32,000 nt of DNA from Candidatus Arthromitus sp. SFB-mouse-Japan (GCF_000270205.1 NC_015913.1:1260001-1292000); one strand, 5' to 3'; positions 14,554-25,253 are shown, counted from the stretch's first letter. Program-made: numbers and translations. The notes: generated by a model not told the origin, from the sequence alone.

Positions 14554-16338
14554 ATGAAGCAATCAATATCAAAAAACAATTTTTCATTTAAAAACCCAAT
14601 ACTAAAACTTAATTCTATAAAAATCAAAATCTTACTTGTAAATTTATTATCAGCTCTTGCATTGTTTCTGTTTTTTACAAATTCTTCTCTATATCTTGTA
14701 AAAGCATCATCAAATAAATCTATGGAAACATTTGGAGAAACACTGTTAAGAAATTACATTGAATCATTTAACATAAATTACTATATTGAATTTCTAAAAA
14801 ACCCTGTTACAACAAATCCTAATTATGATAAATGTCTACAATCAATAACTAACTTTAAAAATATGGTGGGTGCTCTCTTTGTTCATATAGTCGCGTTAGA
14901 CAATTCAAATAGAGAAATCATACTTATTGACTCAAGCGAAGGAGAGCTTTATTTGCCTCCTGGATATGTTCTTAGAGATAAACCATATGAAATTGTTTAT
15001 AACACCTACAAACGCGGAAAATTTATTCGTGCTCAATATACAAATAACTCTTGGGGAGAATATTTATCATTTTATTATCCACTAAAAAATGATACTGGTA
15101 AAACTATTGGAGTTATAGGAATGGATTTAGATATCAACTCCTTAAATTCAATTCAAATGACAACTAAAAATGAAATTATATCTTTTATATCTAGATTTTT
15201 AATATTGTTATACTCATTGGCATTATTTATATTATTGATTTTTATCATAAAACTATCAATCCCTATAAGAAATATTGAAATATTCTTAGATAAAATATCT
15301 CAAGGTAATCTATCTGAAAATTTCAATTACTCAAGTAAATCAGATGAATTTTCATCAATACAAAATATTTTTATAAACATGATTGAAAATACTAAAAATA
15401 TACTAAAATCCATAATATCAACATCTAAACAAATTGATTCAACCTTTATAAATGTTGAAACAAAAAAAACGGATATTATATCCAAAATTTCAAATATCAA
15501 TGACCTAACTTATACGATTTCTAAATCAAATGAAAAGATACTTTTAAATACAAACAATGTTAAAAATGAAATTTTCTCTTTCAACTTATTAATAACTAAA
15601 ATGACAAAGGAGATATTTGATACAAAAGAAATCAGCAAAAATACACAAAATATTTGTATAAACAATACCGAAAAAATTAAATCGTTTATACTAGAGATCG
15701 AACCTCTTATTGGTAAGTTTGAGAGCTTTAGATCAAAAACTACAATTTTAAATGAACTTTCAAGTGAAATAAAACAAATACTAAAAGAAATTCATGATAT
15801 TGCAAACCAAACTAAACTCCTCTCACTAAACGCATCAATTGTTGCTGCATCAGCAGGAGAGCATGGAGATGGATTTGCTGTAGTATCTCAAGAAATTGGA
15901 GAACTATCTTATAAAAGCAGTCAGTCAGTATCAACCATACAAGACACTTTAGCTACTATAATTAAAACAATATCATTTATAAACACAGATACAATAGCAA
16001 CATCATCAATACTTAAAGAGCAGGCTCTAAAATCTTCAATATTCTCTAAGAATCTTTCATCAATAAATGAGATTATCGGAAAAATGTCATCATCATTTGA
16101 AAGTATCTCTGAAAGATCTAGCGAATTATCAAAGAAAAATGATCTAATGCTATCATCGATAAAATATATAACTGATGAATCAAAATCCAATAACTATTCA
16201 TTAAAATCAATATCAAAGTCAACTAAACAACTTTCTGATACATCAGAATACTTCAAAATAGAACTTAAAAAGATCAATAGATATATAAAAAATATCAAAA
16301 ACTCATACAAAGTATTTAAAATCAAAAAAGAAGAGTAG
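14554..16338 (+). CDS. Methyl-accepting chemotaxis protein (Cache-like sensor + HAMP), tandem paralogue.
   Basis: TM segment, then YLSFYYPLKNDTGKTIGVIGMDLDI, a second TM segment and a HAMP-like segment (IPIRNIEIFLDKISQGNLSENF). Signalling tip QTKLLSLNASIVAASAGEHGDGFAVVSQEIGELS. Confidence 0.85.
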   Translation: MKQSISKNNFSFKNPILKLNSIKIKILLVNLLSALALFLFFTNSSLYLVKASSNKSMETFGETLLRNYIESFNINYYIEFLKNPVTTNPNYDKCLQSITNFKNMVGALFVHIVALDNSNREIILIDSSEGELYLPPGYVLRDKPYEIVYNTYKRGKFIRAQYTNNSWGEYLSFYYPLKNDTGKTIGVIGMDLDINSLNSIQMTTKNEIISFISRFLILLYSLALFILLIFIIKLSIPIRNIEIFLDKISQGNLSENFNYSSKSDEFSSIQNIFINMIENTKNILKSIISTSKQIDSTFINVETKKTDIISKISNINDLTYTISKSNEKILLNTNNVKNEIFSFNLLITKMTKEIFDTKEISKNTQNICINNTEKIKSFILEIEPLIGKFESFRSKTTILNELSSEIKQILKEIHDIANQTKLLSLNASIVAASAGEHGDGFAVVSQEIGELSYKSSQSVSTIQDTLATIIKTISFINTDTIATSSILKEQALKSSIFSKNLSSINEIIGKMSSSFESISERSSELSKKNDLMLSSIKYITDESKSNNYSLKSISKSTKQLSDTSEYFKIELKKINRYIKNIKNSYKVFKIKKEE

Positions 16339-16360
16339 TCCAAATACTACTCTTCTTTTT
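16330..16360. terminator. Bidirectional terminator between MCP2 and oadB.
   Basis: GAAGAGTAGT (16330..16339), loop ccaaat, ACTACTCTTC (16346..16355), then T5. An A6 tract lies upstream. Confidence 0.6.
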
Positions 16361-16362
16361 AT

Positions 16363-17502
16363 TTAACCAAATATAGATAGCAATACTCCAGCTGCCACAG
16401 CTGAACCTATAACACCAGCAACATTGGGACCCATTGCATGCATAAGTAAAAAATTTGATGGATCTTCTTCCAATCCCATTTTATGAACAACTCTTGCTGC
16501 CATTGGAACAGCACTAACTCCAGCAGCTCCAATCATAGGATTAACCTTACCTTTAGTTATAACACACATTATTTTACCAAATATAACACCAAAAGCCGTA
16601 CCAAATATAAACGCTATAAGTCCCAAAACTATTATCTTAATAGTACTAAATTGCAAAAAACTTTGAGCTGTTGCAGTAGCTCCAACAGTTATTCCTATAA
16701 AAACTGTAACTATATACAACAAAGCATTCTTAACATTCTCAACCAATTGAGGAACAACTCCACTTTCTTTTATTAGATTACCAAACATAAGCATACCGAT
16801 CAATGTTATAGAACTCGGTATAATTAATACCGTTAATGCCGTTACAACAATAGGAAATAATATTTTTTCTGTCTTTGAAACTTCTCTTAATTGAACCATT
16901 TTTATACTACGTTCTTTTTTAGTTGTAAATAATTTTATTATAGGCGGTTGAATAACAGGTATAAGTGCCATATAAGAGTACGCTGCAATTGCAATTGATC
17001 CTAATTGATGTGATGCAAGCTTGCTTGTCAAATATATTGCAGTTGGACCATCAGCTCCACCAATAATTCCAATAGATGCTGCCTCACTTCCATTAAAACC
17101 TAAATAAACAGCAATCAAAAACGCAACAAAAATTCCTATTTGTGCTGCTGCTCCTAATAAAAAATTCTTTGGACTCGCTATTAGTGGCCCAAAATCAATA
17201 GATGCTCCAATAGCCATAAATATAAGAGGGGGAAATACTCCTAACTTAACACCTTGATATAAACTATATAAAAGTCCTCCTTCATCCATAAGACCCTCCC
17301 CAAAAGGAACTGGAAAATTAACCAAAAACATCCCAAAAGCAATAGGTAAAAGAAGGTATGGTTCGTACTTTTTAAATATAGCAAGATACATGAACACCAA
17401 CGAAATCAATATCATTATCAAATTCTTAGGATTATCTATTAAAAATCTAATTCCTGAAACACTATAAAGATCATATATCATATCTAAAAAATTAATATCC
17501 AA
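16363..17502 (-). CDS. oadB: Na+-translocating oxaloacetate decarboxylase, beta (membrane pump) subunit.
   Basis: A 379-aa polytopic protein with typical OadB/GcdB/MmdB family sequence (GADGPTAIY, AYSYMALIP, GAAGVSAVPMAARV). TTG start. Confidence 0.85.
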   Translation of the reverse strand: MDINFLDMIYDLYSVSGIRFLIDNPKNLIMILISLVFMYLAIFKKYEPYLLLPIAFGMFLVNFPVPFGEGLMDEGGLLYSLYQGVKLGVFPPLIFMAIGASIDFGPLIASPKNFLLGAAAQIGIFVAFLIAVYLGFNGSEAASIGIIGGADGPTAIYLTSKLASHQLGSIAIAAYSYMALIPVIQPPIIKLFTTKKERSIKMVQLREVSKTEKILFPIVVTALTVLIIPSSITLIGMLMFGNLIKESGVVPQLVENVKNALLYIVTVFIGITVGATATAQSFLQFSTIKIIVLGLIAFIFGTAFGVIFGKIMCVITKGKVNPMIGAAGVSAVPMAARVVHKMGLEEDPSNFLLMHAMGPNVAGVIGSAVAAGVLLSIFG

Positions 17503-17515
17503 ACCTACATCTCTC

Positions 17516-17875
17516 CTAACTTATAACTAGCAACACATCTTCATTATTTACACTTTTACCTTCAGATACAAATATATCACTAACCATACCCGAAACTGGA
17601 GCAAGTATTTCATTTTCCATCTTCATAGCTTCAAGAACAAGCAATGTATCTCCCTTTAAAACCCTATCGCCTTTAGATACTTTTATTGACAAAATACTTC
17701 CTTGCATAGGTGCCTTAACATTTTCACCATTGCCTTCAGATTTATCCCTTTCTATAACATTCGGAACATGGCTTTCTTTATTTGGTGTTTCTGTCAAATT
17801 TCCATCTTTATTCTCAACCAATTCAACCTCTACCTCATAAACCTTACCATTAACTTTTATTCTATAAACCTTCAT
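17516..17875 (-). CDS. Biotin carboxyl carrier subunit (separate biotinyl domain protein of the decarboxylase).
   Basis: Biotin attachment motif LEAMKMENEI. 119 aa. Confidence 0.85.
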   Translation of the reverse strand: MKVYRIKVNGKVYEVEVELVENKDGNLTETPNKESHVPNVIERDKSEGNGENVKAPMQGSILSIKVSKGDRVLKGDTLLVLEAMKMENEILAPVSGMVSDIFVSEGKSVNNEDVLLVIS

Positions 17876-17887
17876 GAAGCTTTCCCC

Positions 17888-18199
17888 CTATAACCTTTTA
17901 ATGCTCTTAATTCTTACACTCTTATTATCATTTTCTTCAACCGAATCAATGGATGCAACAAATGCTGCAATCAACATATCTTCATCATCTATATCTTCAA
18001 ATTTAATTTTATGGTTATCTTCTAAATGTTTTTTTACCTCTCTCACATATTCTTCTTTTTTATGATCAATTATCTTACTTTTACTATACAAAAAAATCTT
18101 AATTAAATTTATTCCCAATGAAATAACCATCAAAATAATAAAAACTATTAATATACAAAATATCGAAAGTATTACTGCATCCTTAATACCAATCTCCAT
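17888..18199 (-). CDS. oadG: OadG-like small membrane (gamma) subunit.
   Basis: A single N-terminal TM helix followed by a charged tail. Its position between the alpha and biotin-carrier genes matches the operon pattern. Confidence 0.55.
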   Translation of the reverse strand: MEIGIKDAVILSIFCILIVFIILMVISLGINLIKIFLYSKSKIIDHKKEEYVREVKKHLEDNHKIKFEDIDDEDMLIAAFVASIDSVEENDNKSVRIKSIKRL

Positions 18200-18217
18200 A
18201 TAAATCCCTTCCTAATT

Positions 18218-19600
18218 TTAATTAAACTCTAAGTTTATATTAATAACTTGATTATCATTTTGATTATATTTTTTCTCCAAAAATTTCTTTGAGATCTGTG
18301 GAAATAAAATATAACTTAACACATCTTCATCACTTTTTGCAAAATCTAAAGACTCTTCTTTTATTTTCAAAAACTCATCTTCAATCAAATCTGCAGGTCT
18401 ACAAGTAATCTCCTCCCCATCTTTTAATATTTTATCTTTCAATTCTTTGCTTATCTCATATGGTGGACAACCATACAATCCCTTGACATAATCCTTTATT
18501 TCTTTTGATATCATCTTGTATTGTTCTCCACTCAAAATGTTCATAACAGCTTGAGTTCCAACCATCTGAGAAAGAGGAGTAACAAGTGGTGGATATCCAA
18601 GATCCTTACGTACCTTTGGTATTTCTTTTAAAACGTCTTCAAATTTATCCTCAGCACCCTGTGCTTTCATTTGATTAATCATATTTGAAATCATCCCTCC
18701 AGGTAATTGTGTTTCAATTATCTGAGGGTTTATGAAATATGACTTAGGACTAAGTATACCATCTTTTAAATATTTTTCCCTAATAGGTTTAAAATAATCT
18801 GCTATATCCCTTAAAACATCATAATTAACATCACATCTGTATTCTGATCCCATAAAAGTTCTTACCATTGATTCAGTAGGAGGCTGACTTGTTCCTCCAC
18901 CTAAAGTTGATATAGCGGTATCAACTATATCTGCCCCTGCCTCAATAGCTTTTAAATAAAGCATCTCTCCAATTCCACAAGTTGAATGAGTATGTAACTC
19001 CAATGGAATAGAAATATTATTTTTAATTTCTCGTATAAGTTCATATCCATTATAAGGTAATAAAATGCCCGACATATCCTTAATACAAATTGAATGTGCA
19101 CCCATTTCCTCAATTTGCTTAGATAAATTAATATAATAATCATGTGTGTGAACAGGACTTACCGAATAACTCATAGCCACTTGCAAATGACCACCATATC
19201 TTCTAGTCGCATCAATAGATGTTTTCAAATTTCTCAAATCATTCAATGCATCAAATATTCTAATTATATCAATGCCATTTTCGAGAGATTTATATATAAA
19301 CTTCTCTACGACATCATCCGCATAATGCCTATACCCTAAAATATTTTGTCCCCTAAATAACATTTGGAGTTTTGTATTTTTAACGTTTTCTCTTATACAT
19401 CTAAGCCTATCCCATGGGTCCTCATTTAAATATCTAATACAAGAATCAAAAGTAGCCCCACCCCAAACCTCTAAGGCATGATATCCAGCGCTATCCATTT
19501 TATGTAATATAGGTAAAATTTCATCTGTAGTTAGGCGCGTAGCCATAAGGCTTTGATGTCCATCACGCAAACAAGTTTCAGTAATTTTAAACTTTTTCAA
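18218..19600 (-). CDS. oadA: Oxaloacetate decarboxylase alpha subunit, carboxyltransferase domain only (PycB / 5S-like).
   Basis: N-terminal ITETCLRDGHQSL and EVWGGATFD (DRE-TIM / HMGL-like carboxyltransferase). No C-terminal biotinyl domain. TTG start. Confidence 0.85.
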   Translation of the reverse strand: MKKFKITETCLRDGHQSLMATRLTTDEILPILHKMDSAGYHALEVWGGATFDSCIRYLNEDPWDRLRCIRENVKNTKLQMLFRGQNILGYRHYADDVVEKFIYKSLENGIDIIRIFDALNDLRNLKTSIDATRRYGGHLQVAMSYSVSPVHTHDYYINLSKQIEEMGAHSICIKDMSGILLPYNGYELIREIKNNISIPLELHTHSTCGIGEMLYLKAIEAGADIVDTAISTLGGGTSQPPTESMVRTFMGSEYRCDVNYDVLRDIADYFKPIREKYLKDGILSPKSYFINPQIIETQLPGGMISNMINQMKAQGAEDKFEDVLKEIPKVRKDLGYPPLVTPLSQMVGTQAVMNILSGEQYKMISKEIKDYVKGLYGCPPYEISKELKDKILKDGEEITCRPADLIEDEFLKIKEESLDFAKSDEDVLSYILFPQISKKFLEKKYNQNDNQVININLEFN

Positions 19601-19780
19601 TGTTTCCCCAAACCCCTTTTACCGAATTTTTATAATTTAGATTTCAAAATAACATCATACATATATAGAATTTCCATAATAAAATAAAAAATAACTAAAT
19701 TAATTTGTTTAAGATTATACCATACAAAAGAACCTACGTAAAACATTGTTCTACATAGGCCAACATATATTATTTTTTAA

Positions 19781-20263
19781 TTAACTTGCCTTATATCTTA
19801 TATAATCATATAGATTTACTGAACCACCGATAATTATAATTATCCCTGGTATTAAAAAAGGAATAAGTGAAATTATTCCACCTATTATCATAATAACACA
19901 AGACAATACACTTGAATTATTCCAACTCATAATAGTCCCAGATATTGCAAGTATAAATCCAACGAAAATAATAATAAAAATTAAAATTGATATATTAAAT
20001 GAAGAATTGTAAAATTCCTCTGCTATTTGTAGAAAATTTAGTATTTCAAACTCCATAAGTATTTCTGCAATAATAGATATTATAATATCTTTAACTAACT
20101 TTCCAAATAGGATTATAAAAATTCCCATAAAAAAGGCTGTCATCCCAGATAGAATTGATCCAATTAAACCTAAAGTATAACCCAAAACTCCATTTTTCAT
20201 TCTTTTGTTAACCGTATTCCGTTTTTCATACTCTATAGCTTCCATACTTCCTCCATAAAACAT
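19781..20263 (-). CDS. Small polytopic membrane protein, function unknown.
   Basis: Four or five hydrophobic helices. The start is ambiguous: TTG at 20266, ATG at 20263, or ATG at 20245 preceded by GGAGGA. Confidence 0.55.
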   Translation of the reverse strand: MFYGGSMEAIEYEKRNTVNKRMKNGVLGYTLGLIGSILSGMTAFFMGIFIILFGKLVKDIIISIIAEILMEFEILNFLQIAEEFYNSSFNISILIFIIIFVGFILAISGTIMSWNNSSVLSCVIMIIGGIISLIPFLIPGIIIIIGGSVNLYDYIRYKAS

Positions 20264-20277
20264 CAAATAATTTAATA

Positions 20278-20700
20278 TTAGTTTTGTATTATTTCATTAA
20301 GTGTATGCCAAGCCAATGTAGCACATTTAACCCTAGCCGGCATATTTTGTATATTTTGAAATACTATTCCATCACCAAGCTCACTGATCTCATCTTCCGT
20401 AACTTCCCTACGTATCATCTTTATAAATATATCAACAATTCTCTTAGCCTCTTCAACTTCTTTGCCTTTCACCAAATCAATCATTATCGATGTAGATGCC
20501 ATAGAAATCATACATCCATCTCCAATAAATGCAATATCATCAATTACACCATCACGAACCCTCATTGATATCGTTATTTCATCTCCACAACTATGATTTA
20601 CACCTCTTTTTTTAAAATCATATGGTGAAACTTCTCTTCTATTTTCTGTATTTTTACCATGATAAAGGATAGTATCTTTATACAATTCATCAAGATTCAT
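20278..20700 (-). CDS. sufU: SufU-type Fe-S cluster assembly sulfur-transfer protein.
   Basis: Conserved cysteines in HSCGDE, GDGCMIS and VKCATLAW. I moved the start to the ATG at 20700 (SD GAGGTG 6 nt upstream) from the track's GTG at 20709. Confidence 0.85.
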   Translation of the reverse strand: MNLDELYKDTILYHGKNTENRREVSPYDFKKRGVNHSCGDEITISMRVRDGVIDDIAFIGDGCMISMASTSIMIDLVKGKEVEEAKRIVDIFIKMIRREVTEDEISELGDGIVFQNIQNMPARVKCATLAWHTLNEIIQN

Positions 20701-20710
20701 ATCATTCACC

Positions 20711-21937
20711 TCAAAACTTTAAAATATTTCTTATTTCTGATACTTTATCAAAAAAATAATCTATCTCTTCCTTAGTATTATAAAAACACAAACTAGCTCT
20801 AGTCGTAGAATTTAATTCCATTCTTCTCATAAATGGTTGAGCACAATGGTGACCTGATCTTACTGCTATTCCATATGAATCTAGAATAGTAGATACATCA
20901 TGTGGATGTACCCCAATCACATTAAATGAAAAAACACAAACTCTTTTATTATCATCTTCAGGACCATAGACCTCTATATCATCACAACCACTGGATTTAT
21001 AAAGAAAATATTTTTTAAGTTCGTTTTCATAATTTATAATTTCTCTAAGTCCAATAGAACTTATATATTTAATTGCAGAATTAAGTCCAGCAATAGACGA
21101 TACATTTTGAGTTCCTCCCTCAAATGCTTCATGAAATTTTTTAAACGTAACCTCATCTTCAAATACATAATCGATCATATCTCCTCCATATAAAAATGGA
21201 TTCATATCATCAATCACATCATCCGATGCATATAAAATTCCAACTCCCTGAGGAGCTAAAACTTTATGTCCAGAAAAAACAAGAAAATCTATATTATCAG
21301 CATCTACATTAAACTTTATATGAGTCATAGATTGTGATGCATCAACTAATACCTTAGCTCCGAATTCCTTACTCTTTTGAATTATAGTTTTATAATCATG
21401 AACTACGCCAAAAGTATTGGTAACTGGGGTAAAAGATACAATTTTGGGTTTTCTCTCAAGTTTATTTAAAAAATCATCGATCAAGATCTCCCCAAATTTA
21501 TCTACATAAAAATAATTAAGCTTAATACCCCTGTTGCTACAAAGAACCTTCCAAGGTACCAAATTAGAATGATGAGAATCTATTCCAATTAAAATTTCAT
21601 CTCCTTCATTTAAATTATTAATAGCATAAGAATAAACAATAATATTTAGAGCCTCTGTAGCACCTTTTGTAAAAACTATATTTTTCTTATCCTTTGCACC
21701 AATAAAATCTTTAACACTACTTCTTGTTTCATCCATTATTAAAGATGCTCTAACCCCCGCAATATGAGATCCTCTATTTGCATTTCCAAATGAATTTATA
21801 TAAACATCAGTCATCGCATCAATAACACACTTCGGTTTTAAGCTCGTGGCAGCATTGTCAAAATATATTATTGGAAGTCCACTATCTGTTTTGCATAATA
21901 GTGCTGGAAAATCTTCTCTAATTTTAGAAATATTCAA
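20711..21937 (-). CDS. sufS: Cysteine desulfurase SufS.
   Basis: PLP-lysine motif SGHKVLAPQG. Active-site RSGHHCAQP. TTG start. Confidence 0.9.
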   Translation of the reverse strand: MNISKIREDFPALLCKTDSGLPIIYFDNAATSLKPKCVIDAMTDVYINSFGNANRGSHIAGVRASLIMDETRSSVKDFIGAKDKKNIVFTKGATEALNIIVYSYAINNLNEGDEILIGIDSHHSNLVPWKVLCSNRGIKLNYFYVDKFGEILIDDFLNKLERKPKIVSFTPVTNTFGVVHDYKTIIQKSKEFGAKVLVDASQSMTHIKFNVDADNIDFLVFSGHKVLAPQGVGILYASDDVIDDMNPFLYGGDMIDYVFEDEVTFKKFHEAFEGGTQNVSSIAGLNSAIKYISSIGLREIINYENELKKYFLYKSSGCDDIEVYGPEDDNKRVCVFSFNVIGVHPHDVSTILDSYGIAVRSGHHCAQPFMRRMELNSTTRASLCFYNTKEEIDYFFDKVSEIRNILKF

Positions 21938-21938
21938 C

Positions 21939-22982
21939 CTAAATTGCCTCCATTAAAATATCCATAAATTTATTAATTATCTCTTTATCCCTTATCTTGC
22001 TTAATATATTTAAAAATTTACCCTGCAATATCAAACCCTTAGCCTGCTTCTCTGTAAATCCACGACTCAATAAATAAAATACTTTATCTTTATTGATTGA
22101 ATTAGCTGTAAATCCATGACTCCCTTTGACATTTTTCTCATTACACAAAAGCAACGGAAGTGATTGATTAACAACATTTTTACTTAGTACAATAACCTCT
22201 TCAGTTTCATTTCCATTTGCATTTAAGCAACCCTTTTTAAAATCAATAGCCCCTCTAAATATCTTTTTACTATTATCAAGTAAAATTCCCTTGCCATTTA
22301 TTAAAGCATTACTCTCTTTACCAAGCATAGCAGAAGTTAAATTATAATCATACTTAAAATCTTCTGTACAAATATAGCAAACATCTATTTTACCTGAAGA
22401 TTTATTGCCATTTAAATATAATTCACAATTTGTATATACATTGTTCTTATTTACATTCACAAATAAGACCTCTACATGTGCATCATCCTCTATTTCTCCC
22501 AAAACATTTATAAATCCCTTAGAAGATGAACTAGTAAACACAATAAGCGTAACCTTTGAATTCCTTTTAGCATTTATGTAATAAAAATAATTAAATTGGT
22601 CGCCACTTCCAGAAATTTTGCTATTAACATATAGGGTCTTATCTTCATCGCATTTCATATTAAAAGTTACGGCAGATACTCCGCCATTTAAACACTCTTT
22701 CAAATTTAATTCGGCATTCTCCTCACTAACCTTAACATTAATAAACTTACCCATAATTAAATCATTGATAATGTCCTTGTTAACTCCACCATTTATCTTA
22801 CAACTTAACTCTGAAATATTATCTTTAATCTCATCTCCAAAATCAATCAATACACCCGAATTATCTATCAATACATCTGAGTTATTAACCCCATTTAATA
22901 TAAAATCATCTTCACTAAAATTTCCTTTAAGATAACTATAGGTACTTACAATTGTTTCATTAATCTTAACTTTTTGACTCAT
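21939..22982 (-). CDS. sufD: Fe-S cluster assembly protein SufD.
   Basis: SufBD beta-helix family tail (FYLLSRGFTEKQAKGLI). Operon position between sufB and sufS. I prefer the ATG at 22982 (MSQKVKINE) over 23009, which would overlap sufB. Confidence 0.8.
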   Translation of the reverse strand: MSQKVKINETIVSTYSYLKGNFSEDDFILNGVNNSDVLIDNSGVLIDFGDEIKDNISELSCKINGGVNKDIINDLIMGKFINVKVSEENAELNLKECLNGGVSAVTFNMKCDEDKTLYVNSKISGSGDQFNYFYYINAKRNSKVTLIVFTSSSSKGFINVLGEIEDDAHVEVLFVNVNKNNVYTNCELYLNGNKSSGKIDVCYICTEDFKYDYNLTSAMLGKESNALINGKGILLDNSKKIFRGAIDFKKGCLNANGNETEEVIVLSKNVVNQSLPLLLCNEKNVKGSHGFTANSINKDKVFYLLSRGFTEKQAKGLILQGKFLNILSKIRDKEIINKFMDILMEAI

Positions 22983-22986
22983 ATTT

Positions 22987-24372
22987 CTATAACCCCTGCA
23001 TTTCAACATTTATAAGATTATTCATCTCAACTGCATATTCAAGTGGCAATTCTTTAGAAATTTCTTCTGCAAATCCTCTAACAATAAGTGCTTTGGCATC
23101 TTCTTCACTTAATCCACGGGTTTGGAGATAAAAAATCTTATCATCACTTATATTTCCAATTGTAGCTTCATGTCCAACATCGACATTTTCACAATTTATT
23201 TCAATATACGGAATAGTATCTGATGAAGATTGATCATCTAACACAAGCGAATCACAAGTAATATTTGTTTTAGATCCCTCAGCATTTTTCTTAAATGTAA
23301 CCATACCTCTATAGTTCCCTACACCACCAGATTTTACAATAGATTTCGAACATATATTAGAATAAGTATTCGGTGCTGCATGAACTACCTTAGCGCCTGT
23401 ATCTAAATACTGACCCTCTGATGCAAAAGAAATTCCTAAAAAATCACAGGTTGCATTTTCCCCCCTTAATATACTCATAGGATAAAGCATAGAGACTTTA
23501 GATCCAAATGAACCTGACACCCACTCAATTCTACCATTTTTCTCAACCATCGAACGCTTTGTATTTAAATTAAACATATTTTTAGACCAGTTTTCAATCG
23601 TCGAATATCTCAATGTTGCATTCTCTTTAACAAACAATTCAACACACCCCGCATGCATATTATAAACATTATGTTTAGGTGCTGAACAACCTTCGATAAA
23701 ACTCAAATAAGCTCCTTCATCTACAACAATTAAAGTATGCTCAAATTGCCCTGCTCCTTTTGCGTTCAGTCTAAAATAAGATTGAAGAGGAATTTCAACT
23801 CTAACTCCTTTAGGTATATAAATAAATGATCCTCCAGACCATACTGCACCATGAAGTGCTGCAAACTTATGATCAGTTGGAGGTACAAGCGTCATAAAAT
23901 ATTTTTTCACAAGTTCCTCATGCTCTTTTAAAGCAAGCTCCATATGCATATAAATAACTCCTTGAGCTTTCAAGTCCTCGCGAACATTGTGATAAACTAC
24001 TTCTGAATCATATTGAGCTTCAACACCAGCTAAGCATTCTTTCTCAGCATTTAAAATTCCAAGCTTATCAAAAGTATTTTTTATATATTCTGGAGTCTCT
24101 TCCCAATCATCCGAAAACCTACTATTAGGCTTAACATACGAAACAATATTATCTATATTAAGCTCATCAATATTAGGCCCCCAAACAGGCAAATTCATAT
24201 TGTTATAAATTTCAAGAGATTTAAGCCTAAAGTCAGTCATCCATTTAGGTTCATCTTTTTTCCTAGAAATATCGATTATAATATCTTTTGATAAACCTTT
24301 ATTACTTATGAATTCTTCATAATTCTCGTGTTTAAAATCATACTTACTTCTATCAATATCATCTATTCTCAT
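22987..24372 (-). CDS. sufB: Fe-S cluster assembly protein SufB.
   Basis: Typical SufB sequence (FYLQTRGLSEEDAKALIVRGFA, HAAPNTYSNI). Confidence 0.9.
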   Translation of the reverse strand: MRIDDIDRSKYDFKHENYEEFISNKGLSKDIIIDISRKKDEPKWMTDFRLKSLEIYNNMNLPVWGPNIDELNIDNIVSYVKPNSRFSDDWEETPEYIKNTFDKLGILNAEKECLAGVEAQYDSEVVYHNVREDLKAQGVIYMHMELALKEHEELVKKYFMTLVPPTDHKFAALHGAVWSGGSFIYIPKGVRVEIPLQSYFRLNAKGAGQFEHTLIVVDEGAYLSFIEGCSAPKHNVYNMHAGCVELFVKENATLRYSTIENWSKNMFNLNTKRSMVEKNGRIEWVSGSFGSKVSMLYPMSILRGENATCDFLGISFASEGQYLDTGAKVVHAAPNTYSNICSKSIVKSGGVGNYRGMVTFKKNAEGSKTNITCDSLVLDDQSSSDTIPYIEINCENVDVGHEATIGNISDDKIFYLQTRGLSEEDAKALIVRGFAEEISKELPLEYAVEMNNLINVEMQGL

Positions 24373-24378
24373 AACAAA

Positions 24379-25116
24379 CTATTTCCCTTCTAATAGAGTT
24401 GAATACCCATTCTTATTTATCTCATTAAACAACTCTATACATCCAGTTTTAACATTACGACCATCTTTTAATACATGCACATGAGTCACATTAAGTTCAC
24501 GAATAACTTCTTCTCTATGAGTAATTATAATAGCAGCCTTATCTTGAGTTAATAATTCTTTGAGAATACTACAAACTGAACGGATAGCATCAATATCAAG
24601 ACCCGAATCAATCTCATCTAATATTATCAACTTAGGATCTAAAAACTTCATTTGAAGCAATTCACTCTTCTTTTTTTCGCCGCCAGAAAATCCTTCATTT
24701 AAATATCTCATCATATGAGATTCTTTCAACCCAACATCTTCAAACTTTTTATTCAAACTCATATTAAAAGCAAGATTTGGTTTTTCATTTTTAACTTTAA
24801 TTTTTAATTCCCTCAAATAATCTTTATATGTAAGACCCTCTATTTCCTCAACCTGTTGAAAGCACAAAAATATACCTTTCCTTGCCCTCTCATCTGAAGT
24901 CAAATTATTTATTCTTTCTCCCTCAAAAAATATATCTCCATTTGTAACTGTATATTTAGGATTGCCAAGTATACTCATGGATAACGATGACTTACCACTT
25001 CCATTTGGCCCAAGTATAACATGCACTTCCCCAGAATTAACTGAAATATTTATATCATCTAAAACATTTTTTTCATTTACATTAACGCTAAGATTTTGTA
25101 TATATAATAAATTCAT
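24379..25116 (-). CDS. sufC: Fe-S cluster assembly ATPase SufC.
   Basis: Walker A GPNGSGKSS, ABC signature FSGGEKKK, Walker B LIILDEIDSGLD. Confidence 0.9.
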   Translation of the reverse strand: MNLLYIQNLSVNVNEKNVLDDINISVNSGEVHVILGPNGSGKSSLSMSILGNPKYTVTNGDIFFEGERINNLTSDERARKGIFLCFQQVEEIEGLTYKDYLRELKIKVKNEKPNLAFNMSLNKKFEDVGLKESHMMRYLNEGFSGGEKKKSELLQMKFLDPKLIILDEIDSGLDIDAIRSVCSILKELLTQDKAAIIITHREEVIRELNVTHVHVLKDGRNVKTGCIELFNEINKNGYSTLLEGK

Positions 25117-25166
25117 AAAGTTAGCTCCTCAAAATTTCCAGATTAATCTATACCTTTTTAGTATGA

Positions 25167-25194
25167 ATTATATTTTAACTTATACAAAATACAA
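25167..25194 (-). promoter_or_regulatory. Candidate sigmaA promoter of the suf operon (TTGTAT-N16-TATAAT).
   Basis: Minus-strand reading: -10 is the complement of 25167..25172 and -35 the complement of 25189..25194. Confidence 0.35.
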
Positions 25195-25253
25195 ATTGCA
25201 ATATCAATTACACAAAAATACTAAATAAAACTTAATAGTAGTAAAAAATATTT

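Noticed and set aside
16363-19600. Decarboxylase operon as methylmalonyl-CoA or glutaconyl-CoA decarboxylase.
   Set aside because: The carboxyltransferase subunit is of the PycB/5S (LRDGHQS TIM-barrel) type that acts on oxaloacetate or pyruvate, not a crotonase-fold acyl-CoA carboxyltransferase. I therefore retained the oxaloacetate decarboxylase call. The split alpha and separate biotin-carrier layout is a known variant and is not reported as novel.
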